NCBI GenBank assembly: GCA_963758505.1
Contig: CAVWVJ010000002.1
Location: forward strand, 3,237-67,236
Origin: an uncultured Acidobacteriaceae bacterium
GTDB taxonomy: Bacteria > Acidobacteriota > Terriglobia > Terriglobales > Acidobacteriaceae
DNA length: 64,000 nucleotides
Reading direction: 5' to 3'
Position 1 is the stretch's first letter. Every line of letters starts with the position of its first letter. Shown one piece after another: positions 9,500 to 18,705 of the stretch. Both the position numbers and the translations under genes were made by a program. The notes under the pieces were generated by a model that was given only the letters and a program-made list of their open reading frames with translations, was not told the origin of the DNA and ran no database searches.

Positions 9500-10861
9500 G
9501 TGACCGTCACGCTCAACACGACTTCGCTTTACAACGGCCAGGGCTTTGACGTGCAAAGCATGGTGAGCCAGATCATCGATTCCAAGCGCGGCCAGGAGAA
9601 CCAGTGGAAGGCGCAACAGACGACGTTGCAGAACCAGACTACCGCGCTCAATCAACTCGAAACGCAGATTGCAACGTTGTACACGGATTCGAACAATCTC
9701 ACCGATTTTACCGGTGTAATGGCTTCGAAGACGGCCAGTTCGTCGCAACCGGGAGTCGTGGTGGCGACCGCCACAAGTGCAGCAGCCAACGCTACCCACG
9801 TCCTCCAGGTGCAAAGCCTTGCTTCGACCGGCGCAGCCTATTCGACATCGATTGCCTCCGATGCCACGCTCGATACGGGATCCTTCACCATCAAGGTGGG
9901 AACCAACACCCAGACCCTCGACATCGGGACTACCAACAAGTCTCTCTCTGACATCGCCTCCGCCATTAACAACCTGCAGATGGGAGTGACTGCCAGCGTG
10001 CAAAGTGACGCCTCCGGCGACCGGCTGACAATTCTAAGCGACACGCAGGGAGCTGCCGGAAGCGTCGATGTCGAAGGAGGAACCGACCAGCTCTCGTTCA
10101 CCAACGTAGCCGGATCGGATGCGGTGGTAAATATCGATGGCGTTCCTTATCAGAACAGCACGAACACAATCTCCGGAGCGATTTCCGGAGTCACGCTCAA
10201 CCTGGCAAGCGCGGCGCCGAACACCGACGTTACTCTAAGCGTGTCTCCCGATGCGAGTTCGGTGGCCACCGCCTTGAATACCTTTGTCACCGACTATAAC
10301 GCGATCGTCACTTCGGTCAATGCGCAGTTTACCTACAGCGCTTCCACGAACTCGGCTGGTGTGCTCTCCGGGGACAGTTCTGTGCGCCTGGTGCAGGACG
10401 CACTGCTCTCTCTCACTTCGTTTTCCATGAGCGGCAACGGCAGCATCGACTCCCTGCAATCGATGGGAATCAGCATGAATGACGACGGCACGCTTGCCAT
10501 CGACAGCAGCTCGTTGAACACGGCGCTCACCAGCAACTTCTCCGACCTTGCTAACTTCTTCCAGTCGGGCACAGGCAGCTTCGGCGAGGCCCTGAGCACC
10601 ACGATGACTTCCCTTAACAATCCGATCGACGGGCCGCTGGCGCTGGACCTCAGCAGCATTCAGCAAACGAACCAGGACCTGACAAATAACATCAACGACT
10701 TCGAAGCCAATCTGGCGGTGCAGGAGCAACAACTCACAACCCAGTACAGCCAGATTAATGCTGAGTTGCAACAGTTGCCAATGTTGCAGAGCCAACTATC
10801 GCAGGAGCTGGGCAGCCTGGATCCTTACCTCAGCTCTTCCTCCGGTTCATCCTCTTCCTAG
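9500..10861 (+). CDS. fliD: Flagellar filament capping protein (hook-associated protein 2)
   Basis: N-terminal FDVQSMVSQIIDSKRGQEN..L.NQ..ALN.L and a C-terminal coiled-coil (QEQQLTTQYSQINAELQQL) are typical of FliD. GTG at 9500 follows GAGGAGG (9487-9493). Confidence 0.85.
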   Translation: MTVTLNTTSLYNGQGFDVQSMVSQIIDSKRGQENQWKAQQTTLQNQTTALNQLETQIATLYTDSNNLTDFTGVMASKTASSSQPGVVVATATSAAANATHVLQVQSLASTGAAYSTSIASDATLDTGSFTIKVGTNTQTLDIGTTNKSLSDIASAINNLQMGVTASVQSDASGDRLTILSDTQGAAGSVDVEGGTDQLSFTNVAGSDAVVNIDGVPYQNSTNTISGAISGVTLNLASAAPNTDVTLSVSPDASSVATALNTFVTDYNAIVTSVNAQFTYSASTNSAGVLSGDSSVRLVQDALLSLTSFSMSGNGSIDSLQSMGISMNDDGTLAIDSSSLNTALTSNFSDLANFFQSGTGSFGEALSTTMTSLNNPIDGPLALDLSSIQQTNQDLTNNINDFEANLAVQEQQLTTQYSQINAELQQLPMLQSQLSQELGSLDPYLSSSSGSSSS

Positions 10862-10863
10862 CC

Positions 10864-11328
10864 ATGACAAACGAAGCGAACTTTGCCTACCGTGAATCGG
10901 AAGCTCTCACGACCGACCCTATCGGGCTGGTGGTGGTTCTTTACGACATGTTGCTGAAAGACCTACACGAAGCGATTGCGGCGCTAGCAGGGGGCGACGT
11001 GGAGCGTCGCACACGGGCAATCGGCCACAGCTTGCTGGTGCTGCAGCAACTCCAGGGGACGCTGGATCGGGACAAAGGCGGCGTTGTGGCGGCCAATCTC
11101 GATCGCTTCTATAACTTCACGCGGGCGAAGCTGCTGGAGGGCCAGATCAAGGCATCCTCCGAGATCTTCGAACACCAGGTCATCTTCGTCGCGTCCATTC
11201 GCGATGCCTGGAAGCAAGTACGAGCGGAGCAGCAGGCCGGATCGCAGACAGTGTCGTTCCCAGAAGCCTCAGCCATCCCTACTCTTTCTGCGAATACATC
11301 GGCCACTCCCGCCGAATGGAGCGCCTGA
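10864..11328 (+). CDS. fliS: Flagellar export chaperone FliS
   Basis: LVVVLYDMLLKDL..A...G.......I.....VLQQLQGTLD...GG..A.NL..FY is the FliS four-helix signature. Lies immediately after fliD. Confidence 0.85.
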   Translation: MTNEANFAYRESEALTTDPIGLVVVLYDMLLKDLHEAIAALAGGDVERRTRAIGHSLLVLQQLQGTLDRDKGGVVAANLDRFYNFTRAKLLEGQIKASSEIFEHQVIFVASIRDAWKQVRAEQQAGSQTVSFPEASAIPTLSANTSATPAEWSA

Positions 11329-11329
11329 G

Positions 11330-11677
11330 ATGGAACTCGCCGAACGTTCCATTCGGGAAGCCGTCGAGATCATTGATGATTTTCTTGCACAGACTGCCAA
11401 CGGTAAATCGCAGATCGCCGGCGATACCTTCCGTGAACTCTCTCGTCGCATAGAGATTGCACGATCAGCTCGCAATCTGCATGTCGGAAGACCCGCAGCG
11501 GATTCGGCTTTCGCCGCCGTATGCGGAGACTATCGCCAAAAGCTGGAACTTCTGAGAGTGCGTCTCGGAGAGCTCGAAATCATTTTCAAGAACGAGCGCA
11601 GCCGGCTCCTCGAAGAACACGGACGAATCGCAAGCACTCGTGCGTGGCACGACCTACTCGGCACGACTCAGCGATAA
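11330..11677 (+). CDS. Hypothetical helical protein downstream of fliS (possible flagellar accessory/chaperone, by position only)
   Basis: ATG lies 2 nt after the fliS stop. 115 aa with a predicted all-helical composition. No recognisable motif. Confidence 0.45.
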   Translation: MELAERSIREAVEIIDDFLAQTANGKSQIAGDTFRELSRRIEIARSARNLHVGRPAADSAFAAVCGDYRQKLELLRVRLGELEIIFKNERSRLLEEHGRIASTRAWHDLLGTTQR

Positions 11678-12540
11678 ACCTCTGCAGTGAACCTTGGCTC
11701 GACGACCCGCTGCGCCACTGGCCGATGATAGACCTCTAAGGAACGTCGAATCACTGCCAACAAAGCGGCCGAGTGATAGGGCTTCGCCAGATAAAAAATG
11801 CGGCGCAACAGATCCTCCTTGATGGGCGTTTGGTAGCCGGACGTGAGCACGATGGGCACCGTGGCCAGCCGGACGTGCAATGCGCGGGCAAGCTCTCCCC
11901 CGCTCTTTCCCGGAAGAGTCACATCGGAAAGCACCGCGCAGATCGTATTTTCCTGCCGCTCGAAAACTTCCAATGCCTCCTCCGCACTCGCCGTCTCCAG
12001 CACCCTGTATCCCGCAGCCTCGAGCACCTCGCGGGTGGCGCCGCGCACACAACCGTCATCCTCCACCAGCAGGATGGCATCGCGATGATTTCGGCGCTTG
12101 TACCCCTGCCGGTGCACCGGAAAGCGGAAATCGAAGGTCAGTTGACCATTCCCGGCGGCCATCGAGAGAGCCACGTCGCTCGACAGCAGCTCCTGGGTGA
12201 CCGTTGCAGACTCTTGGGCGAAGAAATTCTCAACCGCGAAGCCGTTCTCTGCGCCGGATCGACGAAGTTCCAGCGACAGCACCACGCAGCATTCCGCAGG
12301 GTCCCGGCGATCTTCATAATAGGCAGAAACGAAGAATGTATCGTGCGGCAAGGCGCAACTCGCCAGGCAGGCAACCGCCCGGCATACGCCCTCTTCGCCT
12401 GCCTTGCACAAAATAAAGGGCGGAAGATATTCGGGGAACTTCGCAGTGATCGCGCCTGCGGTCAGCCCTGCAAAAGCGACGGATTTCATCCTGTCGAGAA
12501 GTTCTCCTGCTCGCCTGAGTCTCGTTCCAGCTTCCATCAT
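11668..12540 (-). CDS. Response-regulator receiver protein with an uncharacterised N-terminal domain
   Basis: C-terminal REC domain (ILLVEDD, VLSDVTLPG, VLTSGY). N-terminal ~160 aa have no recognised motif. GGAGG lies 4-7 nt before the ATGATG at 12540/12537. Confidence 0.7.
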   Translation of the reverse strand: MMEAGTRLRRAGELLDRMKSVAFAGLTAGAITAKFPEYLPPFILCKAGEEGVCRAVACLASCALPHDTFFVSAYYEDRRDPAECCVVLSLELRRSGAENGFAVENFFAQESATVTQELLSSDVALSMAAGNGQLTFDFRFPVHRQGYKRRNHRDAILLVEDDGCVRGATREVLEAAGYRVLETASAEEALEVFERQENTICAVLSDVTLPGKSGGELARALHVRLATVPIVLTSGYQTPIKEDLLRRIFYLAKPYHSAALLAVIRRSLEVYHRPVAQRVVEPRFTAEVYR

Positions 12541-12735
12541 TGGGCCTCCGGTCACATAACAGTGCAAGAACAATGCCAAAGGCCGCATGCCCAGATTCGA
12601 CTGCTTACCTCTCGTTTGCGCGCTTCTGGCAGGGCGAAGAACCGAATTGGTCTCCGATTTTGAACTTCTCTCCGTTATTGGGATTCAATTCGATTCAGGT
12701 ATGATCCTCCTTTCAAATCTGCTGGAGGACGCTCT

Positions 12736-14394
12736 TTGTCGAAACGCATCCCACACTTCATCTTCCCTGCCTTGCTTTGTGCCGTTCTTGCAGTGACTAC
12801 TTCCGGCCTCGCTGCCGAACCCTCCGAAACCGACGGCGTCGATTTGGGAGTGGTGACCCAGATTCGACAGGAAGGATTTCATGACTCGCAGGTCATGAAA
12901 ACCGCCAGCGCGATTGTCGACGGGATCGGCGAACGCCTCACCGGATCCCCCAATGCGAAGCGCGCCAGCGAATGGACGCGCGATCAATTCGCCACATGGG
13001 GACTCCAGAACGCTCACCTGGAGCCTTTTACCTTCGGCCGTGGCTGGCAGAACGAGTTCACCTCGGTACGGATGACCGCTCCGGATTACATGGAACTGAT
13101 TGCCTATCCCAAAGCCTGGAGCGAGGGCACGAATGGCGTGATCAAAGCATCCGCGATCCGGGTCATCGCCAGGCGCCCCGAAGACTTCGATAAGTACAAG
13201 GGTCAACTCACGGGAAAAATCGTAATCTTTGGCGACATGCCCGATGTGAAACCGCAAACGGAAGCGGCCATGTCGCGTTATGACGAAAAGTCACTTGCCG
13301 ACATCTCCAATTTCGAAATTCCCAGTGAAAAGCCACGCTATAGTCCGGAAGAGATCAAGCAGCGCATCGCGCTTCGCAAAGCGGCCGAAAAGTTCTTCGC
13401 GAGCGAAAAGGCCGCAGCTGTCATCGATGCCAGCCACGGCGATGGAGGAACGGTATTCGTCCAGTCGGCCGGCTCTTACAAAGAAGGAGAACCGCGCGCG
13501 ATCCCATCTCTGGCCATGGCGGCGGAGCACTTCGGCCGTATCGCCCGATTACTGGATCGTGGGACGCCGGTCGAACTGGAGTTGGACATTCGCAACAAGT
13601 TCTACGATGCCGACCCGAAATCCTTTGACACTGTTGCCGAGATACCAGGCACCGACAAGAAGGACGAACTTGTGATGGTCGGCGCCCATCTCGATTCCTG
13701 GCACGCCGGTACCGGTGCTACTGACAATGCTGCGGGATGCGCCATCACCATGGAAGCCATGCGTATCCTTCAGGCACTCGGATTGAAACCGAGGCGAACC
13801 ATCCGCATCGTTCTGTGGACGGGCGAAGAAGAAGGACTGCTCGGATCGAAAGCCTATGTCGCGGAACACTTCGGCTCGCGTCCTGAGAACACGGATCCGG
13901 CAGAGAAGGATTTGCCTTCCTACCTGCGGAAGCCAGGGACGCCTCTCACGCTCAAGCCCGACCAGAAGAAGGTGTCGGCTTATTTCAATATCGATAATGG
14001 AACCGGAAAGCTTCGCGGCATCTACTTACAGGAAAACGCCGCCGTCGCACCGATCTTCAAGCAATGGATCGAGCCGTTCCGCGATCTTGGGGTCAACACC
14101 ATTACCTACCGCAATACGGGAGGCACCGATCACCTTTCATTCGATGCTGTCGGCATTCCTGGTTTCCAATTCATCCAGGACCCCATCGAGTATGAAACCC
14201 GAACCCATCACTCCAATATGGATCTTTACGAGCGTCTGCAGCGCGACGACATGATGCAAGCCTCTGTCGTGCTCGCATCCTTCCTCTATAACGCCGCGAT
14301 GCGGGACGAGATGCTTCCACGCAAACCGTTGCCGAAAGATGCCGTCCTGCCGGAGGCAAGCGCTCCCGCGCCGAAGCCTACGAAGAAAAAGTAA
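12736..14394 (+). CDS. Secreted M28-family metallopeptidase (aminopeptidase-like)
   Basis: Signal peptide. M28 zinc-ligand motifs GAHLDSW, TGATDNAAG, WTGEEEGLLGS and GGTDH. TTG start follows GGAGGA. Confidence 0.85.
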   Translation: MSKRIPHFIFPALLCAVLAVTTSGLAAEPSETDGVDLGVVTQIRQEGFHDSQVMKTASAIVDGIGERLTGSPNAKRASEWTRDQFATWGLQNAHLEPFTFGRGWQNEFTSVRMTAPDYMELIAYPKAWSEGTNGVIKASAIRVIARRPEDFDKYKGQLTGKIVIFGDMPDVKPQTEAAMSRYDEKSLADISNFEIPSEKPRYSPEEIKQRIALRKAAEKFFASEKAAAVIDASHGDGGTVFVQSAGSYKEGEPRAIPSLAMAAEHFGRIARLLDRGTPVELELDIRNKFYDADPKSFDTVAEIPGTDKKDELVMVGAHLDSWHAGTGATDNAAGCAITMEAMRILQALGLKPRRTIRIVLWTGEEEGLLGSKAYVAEHFGSRPENTDPAEKDLPSYLRKPGTPLTLKPDQKKVSAYFNIDNGTGKLRGIYLQENAAVAPIFKQWIEPFRDLGVNTITYRNTGGTDHLSFDAVGIPGFQFIQDPIEYETRTHHSNMDLYERLQRDDMMQASVVLASFLYNAAMRDEMLPRKPLPKDAVLPEASAPAPKPTKKK

Positions 14395-14407
14395 ACGGTC
14401 ACGTACG

Positions 14408-14437
14408 AAAAGGCGGACCTCAAAAGGTCCGCCTTTT
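14408..14437. terminator. Bidirectional intrinsic terminator between convergent genes
   Basis: aaaaGGCGGACCtcaaaaGGTCCGCCtttt: 8-bp GC stem flanked by an A-tract and a T-tract. Confidence 0.8.
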
Positions 14438-14449
14438 ATCCCACAGATA

Positions 14450-15340
14450 TTACTGGCCGCCACGCACGGTCAGCACCGGACATCGCGCGTGCGCGAGCAC
14501 GTAGCTCGCGACCGTCCAAGGCAGATGCGATGTCGCGTGCCGCCCTGCATGGACTCCCATTACGATCAGGTCGGCTTCCATCTCCGTCGCGATGCGCACG
14601 ATGTCCGGACCGGGAGCGCCGAAGCGGGCCACAAATTCCGTCGTATCGCCTTCCATTCCCTCAGGCACGAACTCTTTCATCCGCGAAATGCTTTCGTGGA
14701 TCAACGCATCGCCGGTGTCCAACGGTAGCGTGCCCACATGGCTGATAACGTGAAGGAAAGTGACCTTCGAGCGATCTTCCTGGGCAAACATCAACGCATA
14801 GGGCAGGGCGTGCGTCGATCCATCGGAGAAATCGGTGGCGAACACGATCCGCCACATCTTCTGCCTCGGCAGCACCGGCGGCATCACCTCCGGACCTATC
14901 GTCATCACTGGACACTTCACCGTGCGGTAGATCTCTTCCGCAACCGAGCCGACGATCAGTTTGTGCAGCACGCCCCGGCCATGGGTACCGAGAATCACGA
15001 GATCGATCCGCTTATCGGCTACCACCTGGCGGATGACGTCCCACACTTCACCATCCATCACGATCGACTGGTGGGCCACATCCCGTAATGGGGCGGCGTT
15101 GAGAAAGTTCTCCATCTCCCGCTCTGCCCCTTTATGCAGCATTTCGCTCTGGTCCGGAACCGGCTCTACTGGAACAACGGCAGGCATCGGCGGCACGGCG
15201 TGAGCCAGAAACAAGGTAGCGTTGTAGCGGTTCGTGAATTCCAGCGCGAAGGGTAAAGCCCGCTCTGACGCCGAGGAAAAATCAGTGGCGAACAGAACGC
15301 TGCGAATCGCGATAATTGAGGGCCGTTCGGTAATCAGCAT
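14450..15340 (-). CDS. Tandem-domain universal stress protein
   Basis: Two Usp domains, each ending in a G..G...........GS(V/T) ATP-binding-like motif (VILGTHGRG..GSVAEE; VMGVHAGRH). Confidence 0.85.
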   Translation of the reverse strand: MLITERPSIIAIRSVLFATDFSSASERALPFALEFTNRYNATLFLAHAVPPMPAVVPVEPVPDQSEMLHKGAEREMENFLNAAPLRDVAHQSIVMDGEVWDVIRQVVADKRIDLVILGTHGRGVLHKLIVGSVAEEIYRTVKCPVMTIGPEVMPPVLPRQKMWRIVFATDFSDGSTHALPYALMFAQEDRSKVTFLHVISHVGTLPLDTGDALIHESISRMKEFVPEGMEGDTTEFVARFGAPGPDIVRIATEMEADLIVMGVHAGRHATSHLPWTVASYVLAHARCPVLTVRGGQ

Positions 15341-15434
15341 AGCGAACCCCCGGGCCGAGTGGACCTCGGCGAACTTAATCCTAGGTCGCGCGCAAAACCC
15401 GTGCAGTGACCGTCGTCACAGGGGAGGGGCAGCT

Positions 15435-16661
15435 TCAGGGACGGGAGCTTCTCTCCCTCTGGGCAAATCTTTGCAGGGCCAATGTTAACGCGGCTGCATG
15501 CAGGGAGAGCTGGTAGTTTCTTGCGACTTTGCGAATACTTTCCCACATCGAGGCGAGTTCCGCATTCAGGTTTGCATGCCTCTCCTTCGAGGAGAAGCCG
15601 CTCTGGCGGGCCGTGAGTTCCGCCCGTATCGAACCTGCCCCCAGGATCGTCCCGTCAACCAGGCACACCTCGTGTTCCATCAACCAGTCCTCTGCGTCGG
15701 ACCGAAGGAATGCATCAACCACATCTACGACGATCGTCGATCTCCCAAGCGCACGCAAGCCTTGGGCGAAGTCCGCAACCGGAGCGCAGAGTAGCAGCAC
15801 ATCGGCCGGAAACGTGAAAGCATCGGCATGCAACCCATGCGTCGCGCCGGGGTATTCCGCCGCAAATCCTCCTGCAGTGATGTGGCGCAGCAGATCAGGA
15901 ATATTGAGCCCGCCGGCATCCAGCAGAGAACCGGACTCATCGGCTGCTGCTACGATTCGCGCGCCACCCGCGACCAGATTCTGCACGCACGCGCGCGCCA
16001 GCGGTCCCGTTCCGACGACGGAAACCGCTGATCCTCTCAGCTTCTTGCTGCATTCCTCCAAGGCGAGTGAAGTCAGGCAGACAACCGACTCGGCATACAG
16101 CTCATTGCGCGAGGCGCAATAGTCTTCCGCCGGGACGGCAGGCATCCTAAGCTTGTGCCCCAGCTGTACTGCAGCTTCCGACGTCCATCGCGCAAATGCC
16201 GCGGAGGCGAGGTCCTCGGGGAGCAGGAGTGCGTCGTTCCCAAGCATCCTTACGATGACCGGTGCACACTCGCGGGCGAGATGCCACAAATCCTGCTCGC
16301 TGATCGAAGATGTTGCGAGCTGCAATCCCAGCGCCGCTCCCGCATACTCACACCCGGCGAGTGCCGCTCTCAATTGCAACTCCTGCGCCGCAGATGCCAC
16401 GCTGGGAGCAAAACAATTCACTCCCACCGCAACCTTCAGCAGAGTGCCTTCGCAACCCGGCGACATCGTCGCCATATGCAGCGAGGCCACTCCTCCGGAG
16501 TTGCTTCCAGATCCATGCCTCGACACGCATTCGAGCTGTGGTGTTCGCAAGCAGCGTGCCAGTTCCGGCGAGATATCGAGGATCTGCGCTGCTCGCTCCC
16601 ATGCAGCCGAACGCTGAAGATCGCTGCCGTCGACCCGCATCGGTATTTCCGAGGTGACCAT
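15435..16661 (-). CDS. Glu/Leu/Phe/Val dehydrogenase-like protein, apparently degenerate active site
   Basis: N-terminus and Rossmann region (VSVVGTGPLA..GARIVAAADESG) align by eye with the GDH family. The GG[SAG]KGG catalytic motif position reads YAGAALGL. Confidence 0.65.
   Translation of the reverse strand: MVTSEIPMRVDGSDLQRSAAWERAAQILDISPELARCLRTPQLECVSRHGSGSNSGGVASLHMATMSPGCEGTLLKVAVGVNCFAPSVASAAQELQLRAALAGCEYAGAALGLQLATSSISEQDLWHLARECAPVIVRMLGNDALLLPEDLASAAFARWTSEAAVQLGHKLRMPAVPAEDYCASRNELYAESVVCLTSLALEECSKKLRGSAVSVVGTGPLARACVQNLVAGGARIVAAADESGSLLDAGGLNIPDLLRHITAGGFAAEYPGATHGLHADAFTFPADVLLLCAPVADFAQGLRALGRSTIVVDVVDAFLRSDAEDWLMEHEVCLVDGTILGAGSIRAELTARQSGFSSKERHANLNAELASMWESIRKVARNYQLSLHAAALTLALQRFAQRERSSRP
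16547..16561 (-). promoter_or_regulatory. Sigma-54 -24/-12 consensus match (TGGCACGctgcTTGC) inside the GDH-like ORF
   Basis: The minus strand reads TGGCACGCTGCTTGC with exact consensus spacing. The location is intragenic (codons ELARCLR), so function is uncertain. Confidence 0.3.
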
Positions 16662-16708
16662 AGCCTCTCCTCAAGGCGCCTTGGGCCGGAAGGTAAATCC
16701 GTATCTCC

Positions 16709-17893
16709 TTACGCCTGCGCCACGGCTCCGCCGTTCGCCAGCCATCGCTTGGGCTGTGTCACGCGAACCACCCGCGGCACGATGTCGAGATATAGCACCG
16801 CATACCGGAACGCAATCACGCACCCCGCGATCAGCAGCAAGGTCGACGAAATCTCCGACCACTTCGGCGTGTAGAACACGTTCATCGACCGTTCGAAGCC
16901 GGTGATGCACACGTTTAGCCGGTTAATCACGAAGCCCGCCACCACCGAGCAGCAGGTCCAATACAGGTAAAGCGGCGTGTTGAGCACCTTCTCGAACTGC
17001 AGCAGAAGGATGGGCGCCACGGCGAGCAGAACTACTTCCAGCCAGAAATATCCGGTCTCGCGCACCGGCAGGAAGAGATAGTGCGCGCCGCCGTGGGAAA
17101 GCAGGTCGAGGCCGCGGAAGAAGACGTAGACGACCAGCAGCAGCGAGATCACTCGCGCGAGCTCGCGCAGGATTCCATAATCGATGCGCGCATCCAGAGA
17201 GCGCATGCTCAGGTAGAGCGCGATGATAGTCATCGCCAATCCAGCGGCAATCGCCGACAGGAAAAAGAGCGCGTGGATGTTATGGGTGTACCAAAGCGGA
17301 TACAGCTTGCCCGGTGAAAGCAGGAACAACCCGCCCAGGAAAGACTGGTGCATGGAGGATAGCAACACGCCCGCCATCACTACCCCTACCGTCACCCGAT
17401 GATGCCAGTGCAGAACCAGTTCCCGCGCACGCTGCCATGGAATCTTCTCGATCAGCGCTGGACAGAACTCAAGCGTCAGCACCGTCGTGTACGTCATCAC
17501 GCACATCGCTACATCGAACAGCATCGATGCATGGTTCCAGTAGATGAAGATGTGCCAGAAGCGCCACGGCAACCCGATCTCGTACATATAGCCGAACATC
17601 ACGCTGACATATCCGAGAAATCCGATCAGCACCGCTGCGCGCACGATGGGCCGGTAGCGCTCCATTCCCAGCACATATACGGCGCCGGAGAGCGCGAAGG
17701 CGCCCGCCGAGAGTCCAACTCCGCACAGTGTTCCGAAGCCTACCCACATACCCCAGGGCATCTGGTCAGAGAGGTTCGTGCTGGCATGCAGCCCGTGAAA
17801 GAAACGCAGGTAGGTCGCATAAGCGCCGGCCGCAAAGATGATCAGCGTAATCACGCGCCACACTGTGAGTTTAGGAACCTTGGTCGCTGTCAT
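16709..17893 (-). CDS. NrfD/PsrC-family polytopic membrane (quinone-interacting) subunit
   Basis: 394 aa with ~10 predicted TM helices. Abuts the 4Fe-4S subunit gene with a 2-nt gap, a typical NrfC-NrfD arrangement. Confidence 0.8.
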   Translation of the reverse strand: MTATKVPKLTVWRVITLIIFAAGAYATYLRFFHGLHASTNLSDQMPWGMWVGFGTLCGVGLSAGAFALSGAVYVLGMERYRPIVRAAVLIGFLGYVSVMFGYMYEIGLPWRFWHIFIYWNHASMLFDVAMCVMTYTTVLTLEFCPALIEKIPWQRARELVLHWHHRVTVGVVMAGVLLSSMHQSFLGGLFLLSPGKLYPLWYTHNIHALFFLSAIAAGLAMTIIALYLSMRSLDARIDYGILRELARVISLLLVVYVFFRGLDLLSHGGAHYLFLPVRETGYFWLEVVLLAVAPILLLQFEKVLNTPLYLYWTCCSVVAGFVINRLNVCITGFERSMNVFYTPKWSEISSTLLLIAGCVIAFRYAVLYLDIVPRVVRVTQPKRWLANGGAVAQA

Positions 17894-17895
17894 GG

Positions 17896-18663
17896 CTATC
17901 GGCCTCCCTTTGGATTATTTGCTTCCCGCTCCTGCGCCTCGGCCAGAGCCACTTCCCGCCGTCGCTGCGTGATCCAGTACAACCCCGCCAGGATCGATCC
18001 GCCGACCATGACTACCGTCGGTGCATCGCCCATGGCGGTAGCCGTTAAAGTGCGCAGCGGCTGCGCGTCTTTCGTAGTGGGCTTGAACCCGATCTTCTCG
18101 AACTCCACATCGGAGATGTAGAAGACCGAAGTGCCGCCCAGTTCATCCGTGCCATAAATCCGCTGTACGTAGGCTGGATCGTCGCGCAGCCGCTTCCATG
18201 CCTCAGCAAGGATCTCCGAGCGCGTTCCGAACACCGTGGCGCCGACCGGGCAAGCTTCCGCGCACGCCGTCTGCTGCCCTTTCTTCACCCGTTCCGCGCA
18301 CATATCGCATTTCTTCACGAAAGGCGCCAGTTTCGTCCACTCATAACGCGGCACCGAATACGGGCACGCCACCATGCAGTAGCGGCACCCGATGCACTTA
18401 TCGGCGTTGTACGTCACCGGGCCGAAGGAGTTCTTGTTCAACGCTCCCACCGGGCACGCCGAGACGCACGCCGGATCCTGGCAGTGCATACACACCCGCC
18501 GCACATGCCGGTCTGCTTTGTCCTGCACCACCGTCAGCGCCGTGTAAGAAAGCTCCGGCTCATGCTCCATCGGGTAGTGGTGCAGCGTCTTGCACGCCTG
18601 CTCGCAACTCTGGCACCCGATGCATTGCTTCACGTCGATCAACATCGCAAATTGTTTTTCCAT
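17896..18663 (-). CDS. 4Fe-4S dicluster (NrfC/HybA/PsrB-like) iron-sulfur subunit with a C-terminal TM anchor
   Basis: Four Cys clusters (CIGCQSCEQAC, CMHCQDPACVSACP, CIGCRYCMVACP, CDMC..CAEACP). C-terminal hydrophobic helix. No twin-arginine motif seen. Confidence 0.85.
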   Translation of the reverse strand: MEKQFAMLIDVKQCIGCQSCEQACKTLHHYPMEHEPELSYTALTVVQDKADRHVRRVCMHCQDPACVSACPVGALNKNSFGPVTYNADKCIGCRYCMVACPYSVPRYEWTKLAPFVKKCDMCAERVKKGQQTACAEACPVGATVFGTRSEILAEAWKRLRDDPAYVQRIYGTDELGGTSVFYISDVEFEKIGFKPTTKDAQPLRTLTATAMGDAPTVVMVGGSILAGLYWITQRRREVALAEAQEREANNPKGGR

Positions 18664-18705
18664 GGTTTTCGTCTCCTCTTCGGCTCAAGTTGCGAATCGG
18701 GTTCT

